Below, one piece after another: positions 40,390 through 49,052 of a stretch of DNA of 64,000 bases. The position numbers were made by a program, and so were the translations under genes. Source of the stretch: Acidobacteriota bacterium (GTDB lineage: Bacteria; Acidobacteriota; UBA6911; RPQK01; JAJDTT01); the NCBI GenBank assembly GCA_965209055.1, contig OZ242374.1:672001-736000 (forward strand), given 5' to 3'. The notes under the pieces were generated by a model, which ran no database searches, was not told the DNA's origin, and worked only from the letters and a program-made list of their open reading frames with translations. How positions within the stretch are numbered: position 1 is the stretch's first letter; every line of letters begins with the position of its first letter.

Positions 40390-41535
40390 ATGGACAAAAT
40401 ACGAGCCATCCAAGTCATTCCCCTGATTCGGCGCCTGGACCGGGTCTTCAGCGGAAGCACCTACCAGATCGTTTCGCGCAATACCATCTACGCCCGAATC
40501 GAGACCGAGGGAGGGATCGTCGGCGAGGCCTTCGGCGGGGACGAGGACATCCACCAGCAGAAGGTGGTCCAAATCGCCAACGACTGCCTGGCGCCCCGGC
40601 TGATGGGCGCCGAAATCTGGCCCGTGGAACCGCTCTGGCGAAAGATGTTCGGCACCCCCGATCTGCCGCTGCACAATCGCGGCATCCACACGCTGGACCT
40701 CCTCAACCACGCCATCCTGATGCAGGCCATCGCCATCATCGACATGGCGATCTGGGACGCCGTCGGAAAGTCCCTGGGCAAGCCGTTGTGGCAATTGCTG
40801 GGCGGTTTTCGAAGCCGGGTCCCGGTGGTCGGGATCGGCGGCTATTACAAGCCGGGGGCGTTGGACCAGTTGGGCCAGGAGATTCAACTCTGCATCGATC
40901 TGGGCCTGGCGGGAATCAAGCTGAAGGTGGGGAAGGCCTCGGTCGACGAGGACATCCGCCGGGTGGAATACATTCGGAAGCACTTTGCCGAATCCTTCGT
41001 GGTCGCCTGCGACGCGAACCAGGCGTGGACGTTCGAGCAGGCGCACCGCTTCGCACAAGGCGTCGCGGACCTGAACCTGGAGTGGCTGGAGGAACCCGTC
41101 CGTTGGTACGACCAGTTGGAGGGGTTGAAGCGGCTGAGGAGCTCGACCGCCATTCCCCTCGTCGCCGGGCAGGGGGAGATCTCCAAATGGGGCTGCCGGG
41201 ACCTGGTCCTGGGCGGCTGCGTCGACACGCTCAACGTGGACGCCACCATCGCCGCCGGCATCACCGAGTGGATGAGGATCGCTTCCTTCGCCGAAACCAT
41301 GGACATCACCATGGGTCACCATGAGGAGCCTCAAGTGGCGCTTCACATGCTGGCGGCCATTCCCAATTCCACGTATGTGGAGATCTTCCATCAGAAGGAG
41401 CGGGACCCCATGTGGTACGAGCTGGTGGAGGACCTGCCCCTCATCTCCGATGGATTCATGTATCCCAACGAAGGATCGGGACTGGGCTGGCACTACAATG
41501 CCGAGGTCATCGATCGATATGGCCAGCCGGCATAG
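40390..41535 (+). CDS. Mandelate racemase/muconate lactonising enzyme (enolase superfamily)
   Basis: IDMAIWD..GK...PLWQLLGG, KLKVG, DANQ, WLEEP, AGQGE; alternative GTG start at 40363. Confidence 0.92.
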   Translation: MDKIRAIQVIPLIRRLDRVFSGSTYQIVSRNTIYARIETEGGIVGEAFGGDEDIHQQKVVQIANDCLAPRLMGAEIWPVEPLWRKMFGTPDLPLHNRGIHTLDLLNHAILMQAIAIIDMAIWDAVGKSLGKPLWQLLGGFRSRVPVVGIGGYYKPGALDQLGQEIQLCIDLGLAGIKLKVGKASVDEDIRRVEYIRKHFAESFVVACDANQAWTFEQAHRFAQGVADLNLEWLEEPVRWYDQLEGLKRLRSSTAIPLVAGQGEISKWGCRDLVLGGCVDTLNVDATIAAGITEWMRIASFAETMDITMGHHEEPQVALHMLAAIPNSTYVEIFHQKERDPMWYELVEDLPLISDGFMYPNEGSGLGWHYNAEVIDRYGQPA

Positions 41536-41619
41536 GGTGCAGTTCTCGCCGACCCGGTTGGTCGCCTGCTTTGCAATGGTCGACAAGGCGCTGGTTCGAA
41601 GAGCCTCCCGTTCGGGACC

Positions 41620-42381
41620 ATGACAGAAGTACAATTCCACAGCGGACTGGTCTGGGCGATTTTCCTGATCGCTGTCGTGACCTTTTCGAGCCTGTTGGTC
41701 CTGGCTGCTCCCTACGGCCGGCACTACTCCGGGAAGGGCTGGGGCCCGCACATTTCGAACCGGGCCAGTTGGGTCCTCATGGAGCTTCCGTCGTCAGCTC
41801 TCTTCCTGTGCGTTTTTCTCTCGGGATCAGCCGCATACCAGACAGTTCCGCTGGTTCTTCTCGGAGTCTGGCAGTGTCACTATCTCAACCGGACGTTTGT
41901 CTATCCTCTGCGCATTCGGACCGCGGGGAAGAAAATGCCTCTTCTGGTGATGGTCTGCGGCTTCGTTTTCAACTCGATCAACGCGTACGTCAACGCTCGG
42001 TTCATATCGGAGTTCGGCCAATATGGATCCGAATGGCTGGGAGACCCGAGATTCCTGGGCGGTCTGGTGTTGTTCCTTGCCGGTCTGGCCCTGAACGTCC
42101 ACTCCGACAGCATCCTTCTGCGCCTGCGGAAACCCGGGGAGGCGGGATACGCGATACCCCGGGGCGGCGCCTTCCGATACGTCTCGTGTCCGAACTACCT
42201 CGGAGAGATCGTTGAGTGGGCGGGCTGGGCGCTGGCCACATGGTCGCCGGCCGGACTCGCCTTCTTCGTATACACCGCCGCGAATCTGATCCCGAGAGCG
42301 CGCAGCCACCATCAGTGGTACCGGGAGAGATTTCCCGACTACCCGGCCAGCCGGAAATCCCTGATTCCGGGACTGATCTGA
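41620..42381 (+). CDS. 3-oxo-5-alpha-steroid 4-dehydrogenase (steroid 5-alpha reductase-like) membrane protein
   Basis: APYGRH, WVLMELPS, HYLNR, N.HSD.IL..LRKPGE.GY.IP.GG.F.YVSCPNYLGEI.EW, NL.PRA..HH.WY. Confidence 0.9.
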   Translation: MTEVQFHSGLVWAIFLIAVVTFSSLLVLAAPYGRHYSGKGWGPHISNRASWVLMELPSSALFLCVFLSGSAAYQTVPLVLLGVWQCHYLNRTFVYPLRIRTAGKKMPLLVMVCGFVFNSINAYVNARFISEFGQYGSEWLGDPRFLGGLVLFLAGLALNVHSDSILLRLRKPGEAGYAIPRGGAFRYVSCPNYLGEIVEWAGWALATWSPAGLAFFVYTAANLIPRARSHHQWYRERFPDYPASRKSLIPGLI

Positions 42382-42409
42382 TCGTCACGGGCACGATTGA
42401 AGAAAAAGT

Positions 42410-42462
42410 TTGACAGCGGCCATATTAACTCTGTAATGTAGAGTAACTCTGATTTGCAGAGT
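42410..42462 (+). promoter_or_regulatory. Sigma70 promoter overlapped by two tandem palindromic operators ACTCTG-N5-(T/C)AGAGT
   Basis: TTGACA 42410-42415; ACTCTGTAATGTAGAGT 42428-42444; ACTCTGATTTGCAGAGT 42446-42462. Confidence 0.75.
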
Positions 42463-42493
42463 ATTCTGATGACCCTGGACCGAGGAGGAATCC

Positions 42494-43063
42494 ATGGCCG
42501 ACAACACGCAAATCAAGGAAGACCTCGCATATGTCCGCGCCGTCGCCGAACGGTCGAAGGGGGCGCATGTTCCCGCCATCTATCTGCTGTGGGCGGTGAT
42601 CGGGCTATTTGGTTTCGCGCTGGTCGACTTCGTAGACGACAAGAAGTGGATCAGCATCTACTGGCTCTTCGCTGGACCGATCGGAACGGCCCTTTCAATG
42701 TGGCTCGGCGCCAAGGCCGACCGGGACGCGGGCGCCACCAGCCGTGACGCAGGAATTCGTGCCAGCCTGCACTGGCTGTCGTTCATGGTGGCCGGCTGGC
42801 TTGGTTTAGCGCTGGTTTTCGCAGATCACCTCACATGGCGTGGTTTCGGATCCCTGTGGGTGCTGCTTCTGGCGCTGACCTATTTCCAATTCGGGCTGCA
42901 TTTGGAACGGCGATTGTTGCCGATTGGAGTCTTGATAGCCGCCGGGTACCTGGTCACCGTCTGGGTGCCGAACTACGGCTGGACCGCCACCGGAGTGGTG
43001 CTTGCCATCGCCCTCGTGACCGCAGCCTTCCTGGGAGCGCCGAAAAGTGAAACTGCCGGCTGA
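42494..43063 (+). CDS. Integral membrane protein (about 6 TM helices), hypothetical
   Basis: GAGGAGG RBS; alternating hydrophobic segments; overlaps the downstream regulator gene. Confidence 0.8.
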   Translation: MADNTQIKEDLAYVRAVAERSKGAHVPAIYLLWAVIGLFGFALVDFVDDKKWISIYWLFAGPIGTALSMWLGAKADRDAGATSRDAGIRASLHWLSFMVAGWLGLALVFADHLTWRGFGSLWVLLLALTYFQFGLHLERRLLPIGVLIAAGYLVTVWVPNYGWTATGVVLAIALVTAAFLGAPKSETAG

Positions 43064-43376
43064 CCCGGACCTACCCAAACTGGATGAGCTGGAACTGCTC
43101 AACGGGCTTCTGGAGCACCGCGTGCGTCTGGCCATCTGCGTCCTGCTCTCCAAATACGACGCCATGTCGTTTACCCGCCTCAAGCAGGTGCTGGGCGAGA
43201 CGGACGGCAGCCTCGGAGCACATCTCCGCAAGCTGGAGAATTCAGGCTACCTGGATGTGGAGAAGGCGTACCGCAACCGGAGACCGGTCACCTGGTACCG
43301 GCTCAGCACCCGCGGACGGACCCACCTGAAACGGCACCTTGCCGTCCTGACACAACTGATCGATCGAGCCGAATAG
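43047..43376 (+). CDS. Winged-helix transcriptional regulator (HTH_34, ArsR/MarR-like)
   Basis: HRVRLAI, F..LK..L..TDGSLGAHLRKLE..GY, P.TWY.LS..GR. Confidence 0.88.
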   Translation: MKLPADPDLPKLDELELLNGLLEHRVRLAICVLLSKYDAMSFTRLKQVLGETDGSLGAHLRKLENSGYLDVEKAYRNRRPVTWYRLSTRGRTHLKRHLAVLTQLIDRAE

Positions 43377-43442
43377 CAGTGGCTGACGCCTCTCTTTGCC
43401 CACATCGCCGACCGGAGGCCGCTTGGCGGGCTTCTTTGGGAG

Positions 43443-44336
43443 TCACTCCAATTTGGAAATCCGAATGCTGCCGTTGACGGTGGAAAGTCTTATGGGCGGT
43501 CCGCCCTGGCCGAGTTTGCCTTCTAATTTCTTCCCGATTTCACCCTGAACCGTAAGCGGAAAATCGGTTGCAATGGATCCGTTGGCAGTCCGTGCGACTA
43601 CATCCGCATGGGTCTGGGCCGGCAAGGTCAGACGAACCGAGCCGTTCTTGGTATTCAACGCCACCTCACCGTCCGGCGGGGCGGAAAAACTCGCTCGGAC
43701 CCTTCCATTCTTCGTCTTGGCCTGAAGGCGTCCTCGGATATTCTGAATACGAATCGAGCCGTTCTTCGTCTGAGCTTCGAGAACACCGCTGGCGCCGTCA
43801 ATTTCGATAGCGCCATTCACGGTTTCAGCCTCCAAGGAACCCTTGCCTCCCTGGACCTGAATCCTACCGTTGGTGGTGGAATAGCGCTGCTTTCCCTCCA
43901 GACCGGACGCGTAAACCCGCCCATTGGAAGACGTCGTCTCCACGTTCATCCTGCGCGGCAGCTTGATTTCAAATTGGACAGATGCGGAACGGCCCCACCA
44001 ACTCCAGTGATTGGGCCAAACGGTACGGATCGTCAAGGTCTCTCCCTCGTGAATCCGTTCGACTTTGATTTCTTTCAGGATCCCCTTGTTCTCTTCGTTC
44101 CGCCACCCCTTGACCCTCTTGGTCACCTTCAACTGAATCTCACGCCTGTCCCAAGCTTGCAGGTGAATGCGCCCGTTTCTGTTTTCCAGTGAGAGGTTCC
44201 GGAGGGCGGTTGCAGGATAAGTGTACTCAGAAACGTCGGTCTGCTCGAAACCCACTGCCTGCCAGCACCCAGCCGCTGACAACAGGAGGAGAACACCCAG
44301 TGACACACCCGGACGAGAGTGGTGATTGGAAATCAT
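43443..44336 (-). CDS. DUF4097 beta-strand repeat protein (adhesin-like), possible lipoprotein
   Basis: Repeated T.NG.I motifs (NRNGRI, SSNGRV, TTNGRI, TVNGAI, TKNGSI); AAGC lipobox-like. Confidence 0.88.
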   Translation of the reverse strand: MISNHHSRPGVSLGVLLLLSAAGCWQAVGFEQTDVSEYTYPATALRNLSLENRNGRIHLQAWDRREIQLKVTKRVKGWRNEENKGILKEIKVERIHEGETLTIRTVWPNHWSWWGRSASVQFEIKLPRRMNVETTSSNGRVYASGLEGKQRYSTTNGRIQVQGGKGSLEAETVNGAIEIDGASGVLEAQTKNGSIRIQNIRGRLQAKTKNGRVRASFSAPPDGEVALNTKNGSVRLTLPAQTHADVVARTANGSIATDFPLTVQGEIGKKLEGKLGQGGPPIRLSTVNGSIRISKLE

Positions 44337-44411
44337 GTTCGTAACTCCCAGCTCGGCTTCTGATTTGCATTGGACGCGGCTCTCCAACCGGACGACGTCA
44401 CACGACAGGCG

Positions 44412-44777
44412 TCAACTGTCACGAATCGAGACCTGAGTCCAGAACAACAGGACTGTGAGGAGGCCCGTGGCGAGACCCAGCATCTGCGACCAAGACACGC
44501 TCGTCTGGGCAAGTGGCCGGATGGCCTCCAAACCGGAAGTTGCGTCGGTCCACCAGAACGTCATGAGAGCCGCGACAGTGACGACCATTAGAATTTCCGA
44601 CCAGGTTTGAATCGTTGCCAGCTTCGACTGTCTCCGGTTGTACTCACCGATTCTTGCCATGAGCAGGACGAATTCCCGGCTGGGGACCCGATCGCGTTGC
44701 ACCGCGATCTCGGTTTCGAAGGTCGCCCGAAGAAGAGCCTCGAGATCTTCGTCGCGCCGTGCCCAAGGCTCAGTCAT
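44412..44777 (-). CDS. Small two-TM protein, putative anti-sigma factor
   Basis: ATGA overlap with the ECF sigma stop; soluble N-terminus followed by two hydrophobic helices. Confidence 0.6.
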   Translation of the reverse strand: MTEPWARRDEDLEALLRATFETEIAVQRDRVPSREFVLLMARIGEYNRRQSKLATIQTWSEILMVVTVAALMTFWWTDATSGLEAIRPLAQTSVSWSQMLGLATGLLTVLLFWTQVSIRDS

Positions 44778-45298
44778 GAGTTCGCTCCCCTGGCAGTTGG
44801 GTCAGAGCGGGTCAGGTACTCCGAAAGCTTTCTCCTGGCCCGAAACGCCAGGACCCGCACGCTTCGCCGATTGAGACTCATGATCCTGGCGACCTCCTTG
44901 TGGGAGAACCCCTCCGCGTACAACAACCAGAGCATCTGCTGCTCGCGTTTTGACAACGTTCGGAGCCCCTCGCGCAGGGCGAGAACATCGGCAATGTTCG
45001 CAGTGGGCCTGGTTGCCATGACTTGGCGTTCCGGTCCCTCCAGCCTGTTGCGCTTCTGCAAACCGCGACCGTGGTCCGCGATAGCGTTCGACGCGATCCG
45101 GTACAGGTACGCTCGCGCCGCGGGCGCGTCCGGAGTCTTGGCCATGCGGCTCGCCAGAAACTTGACGTAGGTGATCTGGAACAGGTCGTCGACCGAGTCC
45201 CGATCGCTGCAATGCCGGAGAAGATAAGCGCGGATCGCTGCTGCCGTGGCATCGTAGAAACGTCTGAACGCATCGTCCTGCGATCCGGACTGCTCCAT
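44774..45298 (-). CDS. ECF RNA polymerase sigma factor
   Basis: DDLFQITY (region 2), YLYRIASN, L..LS.REQ..L.L...EGFSHKEVA..M...SVR...FRARRKL (region 4). Confidence 0.9.
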   Translation of the reverse strand: MEQSGSQDDAFRRFYDATAAAIRAYLLRHCSDRDSVDDLFQITYVKFLASRMAKTPDAPAARAYLYRIASNAIADHGRGLQKRNRLEGPERQVMATRPTANIADVLALREGLRTLSKREQQMLWLLYAEGFSHKEVARIMSLNRRSVRVLAFRARRKLSEYLTRSDPTARGANS

Positions 45299-45362
45299 CA
45301 CTCCCAGACTTGTGCTGCGGCACGCGCTAAAGGCTGCCCACGTCTGCGGATACGCGCACGCC

Positions 45363-45803
45363 TCAACGCCCGTAAGTCTCGGCGTCGCCGCTACCATTAT
45401 CGTCACGCTCTTCCGTGCGCCACATGACGTAGGTGGACACCGCAAGGGCAACACCGACCGCCCCTATGATGACGGCAGGGATCAGGAGATCGTCGTCCAC
45501 CACAAGTGCCAGGACAAAGAATCCGATGCCCATGAACGTCAGAATCGAAGCCGGGACGAACAGTCCCTTCCATTTCTTGGACGGTTTTTCCCTCTCCAAC
45601 GCAAGCGCGCTGGCGAGCTTTGATCCCGCGGGTCCCTGGATCGCCTGGGCGAAGGCTTCGCCCGTGGAGAACTTGTCGATCATCCGGCGGATTATTTCCG
45701 CCCGTTGCTCCTGCGCTCTCCTTCGAGTCACATGGCTGAACCAAAGGATGAGCACCACCATGGCAAAGACGCCAAGTGGCACCAGTGTGTTTTGCCACCA
45801 CAT
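45363..45803 (-). CDS. Membrane protein upstream of the ECF sigma (DUF6249-like)
   Basis: AAGGAGG RBS; N-terminal TM, charged linker (IDKFSTGE), two C-terminal TMs. Confidence 0.72.
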   Translation of the reverse strand: MWWQNTLVPLGVFAMVVLILWFSHVTRRRAQEQRAEIIRRMIDKFSTGEAFAQAIQGPAGSKLASALALEREKPSKKWKGLFVPASILTFMGIGFFVLALVVDDDLLIPAVIIGAVGVALAVSTYVMWRTEERDDNGSGDAETYGR

Positions 45804-45962
45804 TCCTGCCTCCTTTCGGACTTGCTTATATGACGATCGAACCTGGGGAAACGTTAACTTCAGTCGTAGTCGCCGCCTCGAATTCGCCTCGACGAACCAG
45901 AACATCTGCGTCCGGACCCGCAGTTGGGGATTCAGACAGGGACGCGTTACCATCAGCTACCG

Positions 45963-46730
45963 ATGGGACGCGAAACGTCACGGTTCCGAAGGTGGGCACT
46001 TGCCGCGCTGGCTGGTGTCATCATTCTGGCAGTTGTCCTGGTAGCGGCCGTTCTCGCCGTGTTCCGCTTCGGCGCCTTGCCTCTTGACCACGGGACAATC
46101 TTGGGCGGCGGCCGCGTCGAGGCGGTGGTGGAAGAACTGGGTCCGGTGGCCATCGGGTCGTACCTGGTCGCCCTGGAGAACGGCGGCTACGCCCTCGTGG
46201 ATGCAGGAATGGATTCGGAAGCCCGCGCGATCCGGTCAGTCCTGCAGCGCCGAGGCGCCCAGGCCCGGGACGTGAGAGCCATCTTCGTGACCCACGCTCA
46301 CGGGGACCACATGGGAGGACTCCAGTCGTTCCCCGATGCCGAGGTCTACGCCATCGAGGCCGACGCGAAGGCCATTCGCCGTGCGCGTTCACGCACCGTC
46401 CAAGGGCTTGCGGACGGCGACGTGGTCAAGGCTTCGGGCACGGAGGTGGAAGTCTTCGCCTTACCGGGCCACACATCGGGCAGCGCCGCCTACTTGGCGT
46501 ACGGCGTCCTCTTCCTGGGGGACAGCGCTGCCGCAGCGTACGACGGTTCGGTCCAGGCGAATTGGCTCTTCTCCGAGGATTCCGAATCCAACGAGGGATC
46601 CCTTGCTGCTTTGGCGCGCCGCCTGGAGAGCAGAGCGAGCGAGGTGCAACAAATCGCATTCGGACACCAAGGCCCTGTCGACGGTCTCGGGCCTCTTCTC
46701 AAGTGGGCATCCGATCGCGCGCGGCGGTAA
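45963..46730 (+). CDS. Metallo-beta-lactamase fold hydrolase with N-terminal anchor
   Basis: LVDAG, THAHGDH, PGHT.GS, LFLGD, FGH. Confidence 0.9.
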   Translation: MGRETSRFRRWALAALAGVIILAVVLVAAVLAVFRFGALPLDHGTILGGGRVEAVVEELGPVAIGSYLVALENGGYALVDAGMDSEARAIRSVLQRRGAQARDVRAIFVTHAHGDHMGGLQSFPDAEVYAIEADAKAIRRARSRTVQGLADGDVVKASGTEVEVFALPGHTSGSAAYLAYGVLFLGDSAAAAYDGSVQANWLFSEDSESNEGSLAALARRLESRASEVQQIAFGHQGPVDGLGPLLKWASDRARR

Positions 46731-46776
46731 GGACAGCGATCTCAAGGAGTGGCCGGGTCGTGCCCCGCCAGGAACC

Positions 46777-47580
46777 TCAGTCCACTTGCTCCCCGTTGTT
46801 GAAGGTGACCGCCTCCTGGTTGCCGTCCTCGTCGCGATGGATCCAGCGCCCGTGCATCTTCCCCTCAAAAAAGGAGCCTTCCTGGACTTGACCGTCAGGG
46901 AACCGGAGAACCCAGCGCCCGTGGTGGTGCCCGTAGACATAAGGACCTTCCTGGATGCTCCCGTCGTCCCAGTGCTCAACCCAGTATCCGTTCCGCTTGC
47001 TATCGACGTACGGGCCTTCATGAACCCCCCTGCCGTCCGTCCAACGTTCGACCCAGTGCCCATGCATCTTCCCATGGACACGGGGGCCTTCATGGACGCT
47101 CCCGTCCGGAAGGCGTTCGACCCACTGGCCGTGTTGTCGATCTTCCACAAATGGGCCGCCTGACACGTTGCCGTCCGTGTCGCGAAAGACCCAGTTCCCA
47201 TGGCGCCGACCCTCAACGAAGGGGCCCTCATGGGCGTTTCCGTTCGAATCGAAGCCGAACCAGTTGCCGTGCTGTTTTCCTTGTTCGAAGCGTCCGAATG
47301 ATTCCAGGATCATGTGGCCACTGCCGGAGAACCACTTCAGGTAACCCGGTCCTTGAGCCAAGTCTCCGTCACACCCTCCCGACCAGGTCCTGGCTTCATC
47401 CGGGATGAGGTGAGAGATCCAAACGTAGCATCCCGGCTGGTTGGACAACTCCATCCAGCACGACGACCTTGGGGGCTTTCCCTGGCACCGGTCCTCCTGG
47501 GGTGCAATTCCTTGTTCCCCAATTAGTCGTGGGACGCTCAAAAAGACGAGAATGACAAGAAGCGAGAGGACTCGTGGCAT
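46777..47580 (-). CDS. Secreted MORN-like repeat protein with a Cys-containing N-terminal domain
   Basis: Signal peptide; about 7 repeats of ~23 aa EGP[F/Y]V.G..HG.WV....DG. Confidence 0.82.
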   Translation of the reverse strand: MPRVLSLLVILVFLSVPRLIGEQGIAPQEDRCQGKPPRSSCWMELSNQPGCYVWISHLIPDEARTWSGGCDGDLAQGPGYLKWFSGSGHMILESFGRFEQGKQHGNWFGFDSNGNAHEGPFVEGRRHGNWVFRDTDGNVSGGPFVEDRQHGQWVERLPDGSVHEGPRVHGKMHGHWVERWTDGRGVHEGPYVDSKRNGYWVEHWDDGSIQEGPYVYGHHHGRWVLRFPDGQVQEGSFFEGKMHGRWIHRDEDGNQEAVTFNNGEQVD

Positions 47581-47717
47581 GGTCTCTCTCCTGGTTTCTC
47601 AGTTCGCTCGGGCGAGTGTGAATTGCATCCGATTTTATCAGAAACTGACTTGGTGATCGCTGCGCGAGTGTGGTGATGGGGAGAACTGCCCGATCATCAA
47701 GCCATCTACCCGGCAGC

Positions 47718-49043
47718 CTAATTCCCGGAAATGTTTCCACCCGGATGCTTCAACTTCCGAATCGGCACCGTGAGCATGAGCAGGGCAGCCGCCAGCGGAA
47801 GGGTCCCGATCAGCCAGAAAACGAGGCTGTAGAGTTCCATATCGATGAAACGGCCGATCAGGCTCTGGACGACGACGGCGCCGATGGTGCCGGCGCATCC
47901 CGCCATGCCGAACAGGGTGCCCACCGAATGGGCCTCCGTCAGGTCGGTGGCCACGGTCTGGACGTTCACCGACCAGATGGCGAAGGCCATGAAGACGACG
48001 CACATCAGCAAGATGATCAGGTAGGGATTGGTAACCGTGTTGACCAGGATCCCCAGCGGTACCAACAAGGTGCCTCCCAACATGCAGACCTTCCGGGTCT
48101 TCGGGATTCCCAGGCCGCGCCGGATCAGAGAGGTGGAAATCCAACCGCCCAGCAGCAGACCCAGGTCGTTGGCCAGGAACGGGATCCAGAGCAGCCCGCC
48201 GATCATCTCCATGCTGAATCCGCGCTCCCGCATCAGGTACTCGGGCATCCAGAAGAGGTAGAAGTACCAGGTCCCGTCGGCCAGCGAGCGCGCTCCCAGC
48301 ACCGTCCAGACCCCTCGATAGCGCAGGAAGTCCCGGACCCTCATCCTTTCACCGGTGTCGTCCTGGACCGCCTTGGCCGATTCCCGGAGATATTCCTGCT
48401 CTTCTTCCGTCAGCCGTGGATGTTCTTCCGGTTTGCGGTAGATGAAGGTCCACGGCAACAGCAGCAGGAATCCCAGCAGTCCGGTGATCAGGAACATGGC
48501 GCGCCAGCCGACATTCAAGGTGAGCCAACTGATCACCGGCGGACCCAGTAGCGCACCGATGCCCAGTCCCAACAGCATGATGCTCACAGGCTTGCCCCGG
48601 TCGCGGGGGTGGAACCACTCCGAAATGGCCTTGACGCCGGTGGGGAAGAACCCGGCTTCACCCAGGCCCAACAGAAAACGGTAGGCGCAGAGGGAGTAGA
48701 GACCCTGGGTCAGGCTGTGGAGGCAGGCGGCGATGGACCACCAGGTGACGGTCAGGTAGTAGCTGACCCGCGTTCCCAGGAAGTCGGCCAGCTTGCCGCC
48801 GAAGCCGTAGGAAAAGGTGTACGCGACCAGGAAGACGTTCACCACCAGCGCGTAGTCGCTGGCGCTCAAGCCGAATTCATCCCGGACCAGGGGAGCCACG
48901 ATGGACAGGGTGATGCGGTCCAGGTAGTTGACGATGCCGCCCATGAACAGCATCCCCACGATCCACCAGCGGACCGGAAGCCTCCGGACAAGGGACCGGC
49001 CGGGAGACCCCGGAGAATGGGGAGTTCCTACTGCGAATAGCAT
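47718..49043 (-). CDS. MFS transporter, ACS/ExuT-like sugar-acid permease
   Basis: RWWI, NYLDR, G.LAD.LG.R, RFLLGLGEA.FFP, EWF..RDRG, WMP.YL..ERG. Confidence 0.92.
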   Translation of the reverse strand: MLFAVGTPHSPGSPGRSLVRRLPVRWWIVGMLFMGGIVNYLDRITLSIVAPLVRDEFGLSASDYALVVNVFLVAYTFSYGFGGKLADFLGTRVSYYLTVTWWSIAACLHSLTQGLYSLCAYRFLLGLGEAGFFPTGVKAISEWFHPRDRGKPVSIMLLGLGIGALLGPPVISWLTLNVGWRAMFLITGLLGFLLLLPWTFIYRKPEEHPRLTEEEQEYLRESAKAVQDDTGERMRVRDFLRYRGVWTVLGARSLADGTWYFYLFWMPEYLMRERGFSMEMIGGLLWIPFLANDLGLLLGGWISTSLIRRGLGIPKTRKVCMLGGTLLVPLGILVNTVTNPYLIILLMCVVFMAFAIWSVNVQTVATDLTEAHSVGTLFGMAGCAGTIGAVVVQSLIGRFIDMELYSLVFWLIGTLPLAAALLMLTVPIRKLKHPGGNISGN

Positions 49044-49052
49044 GAAGTGTCC

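Noticed and set aside
45963-46730. Antibiotic-resistance metallo-beta-lactamase
   Set aside because: Only generic MBL-fold motifs; nothing specific for class B beta-lactamases
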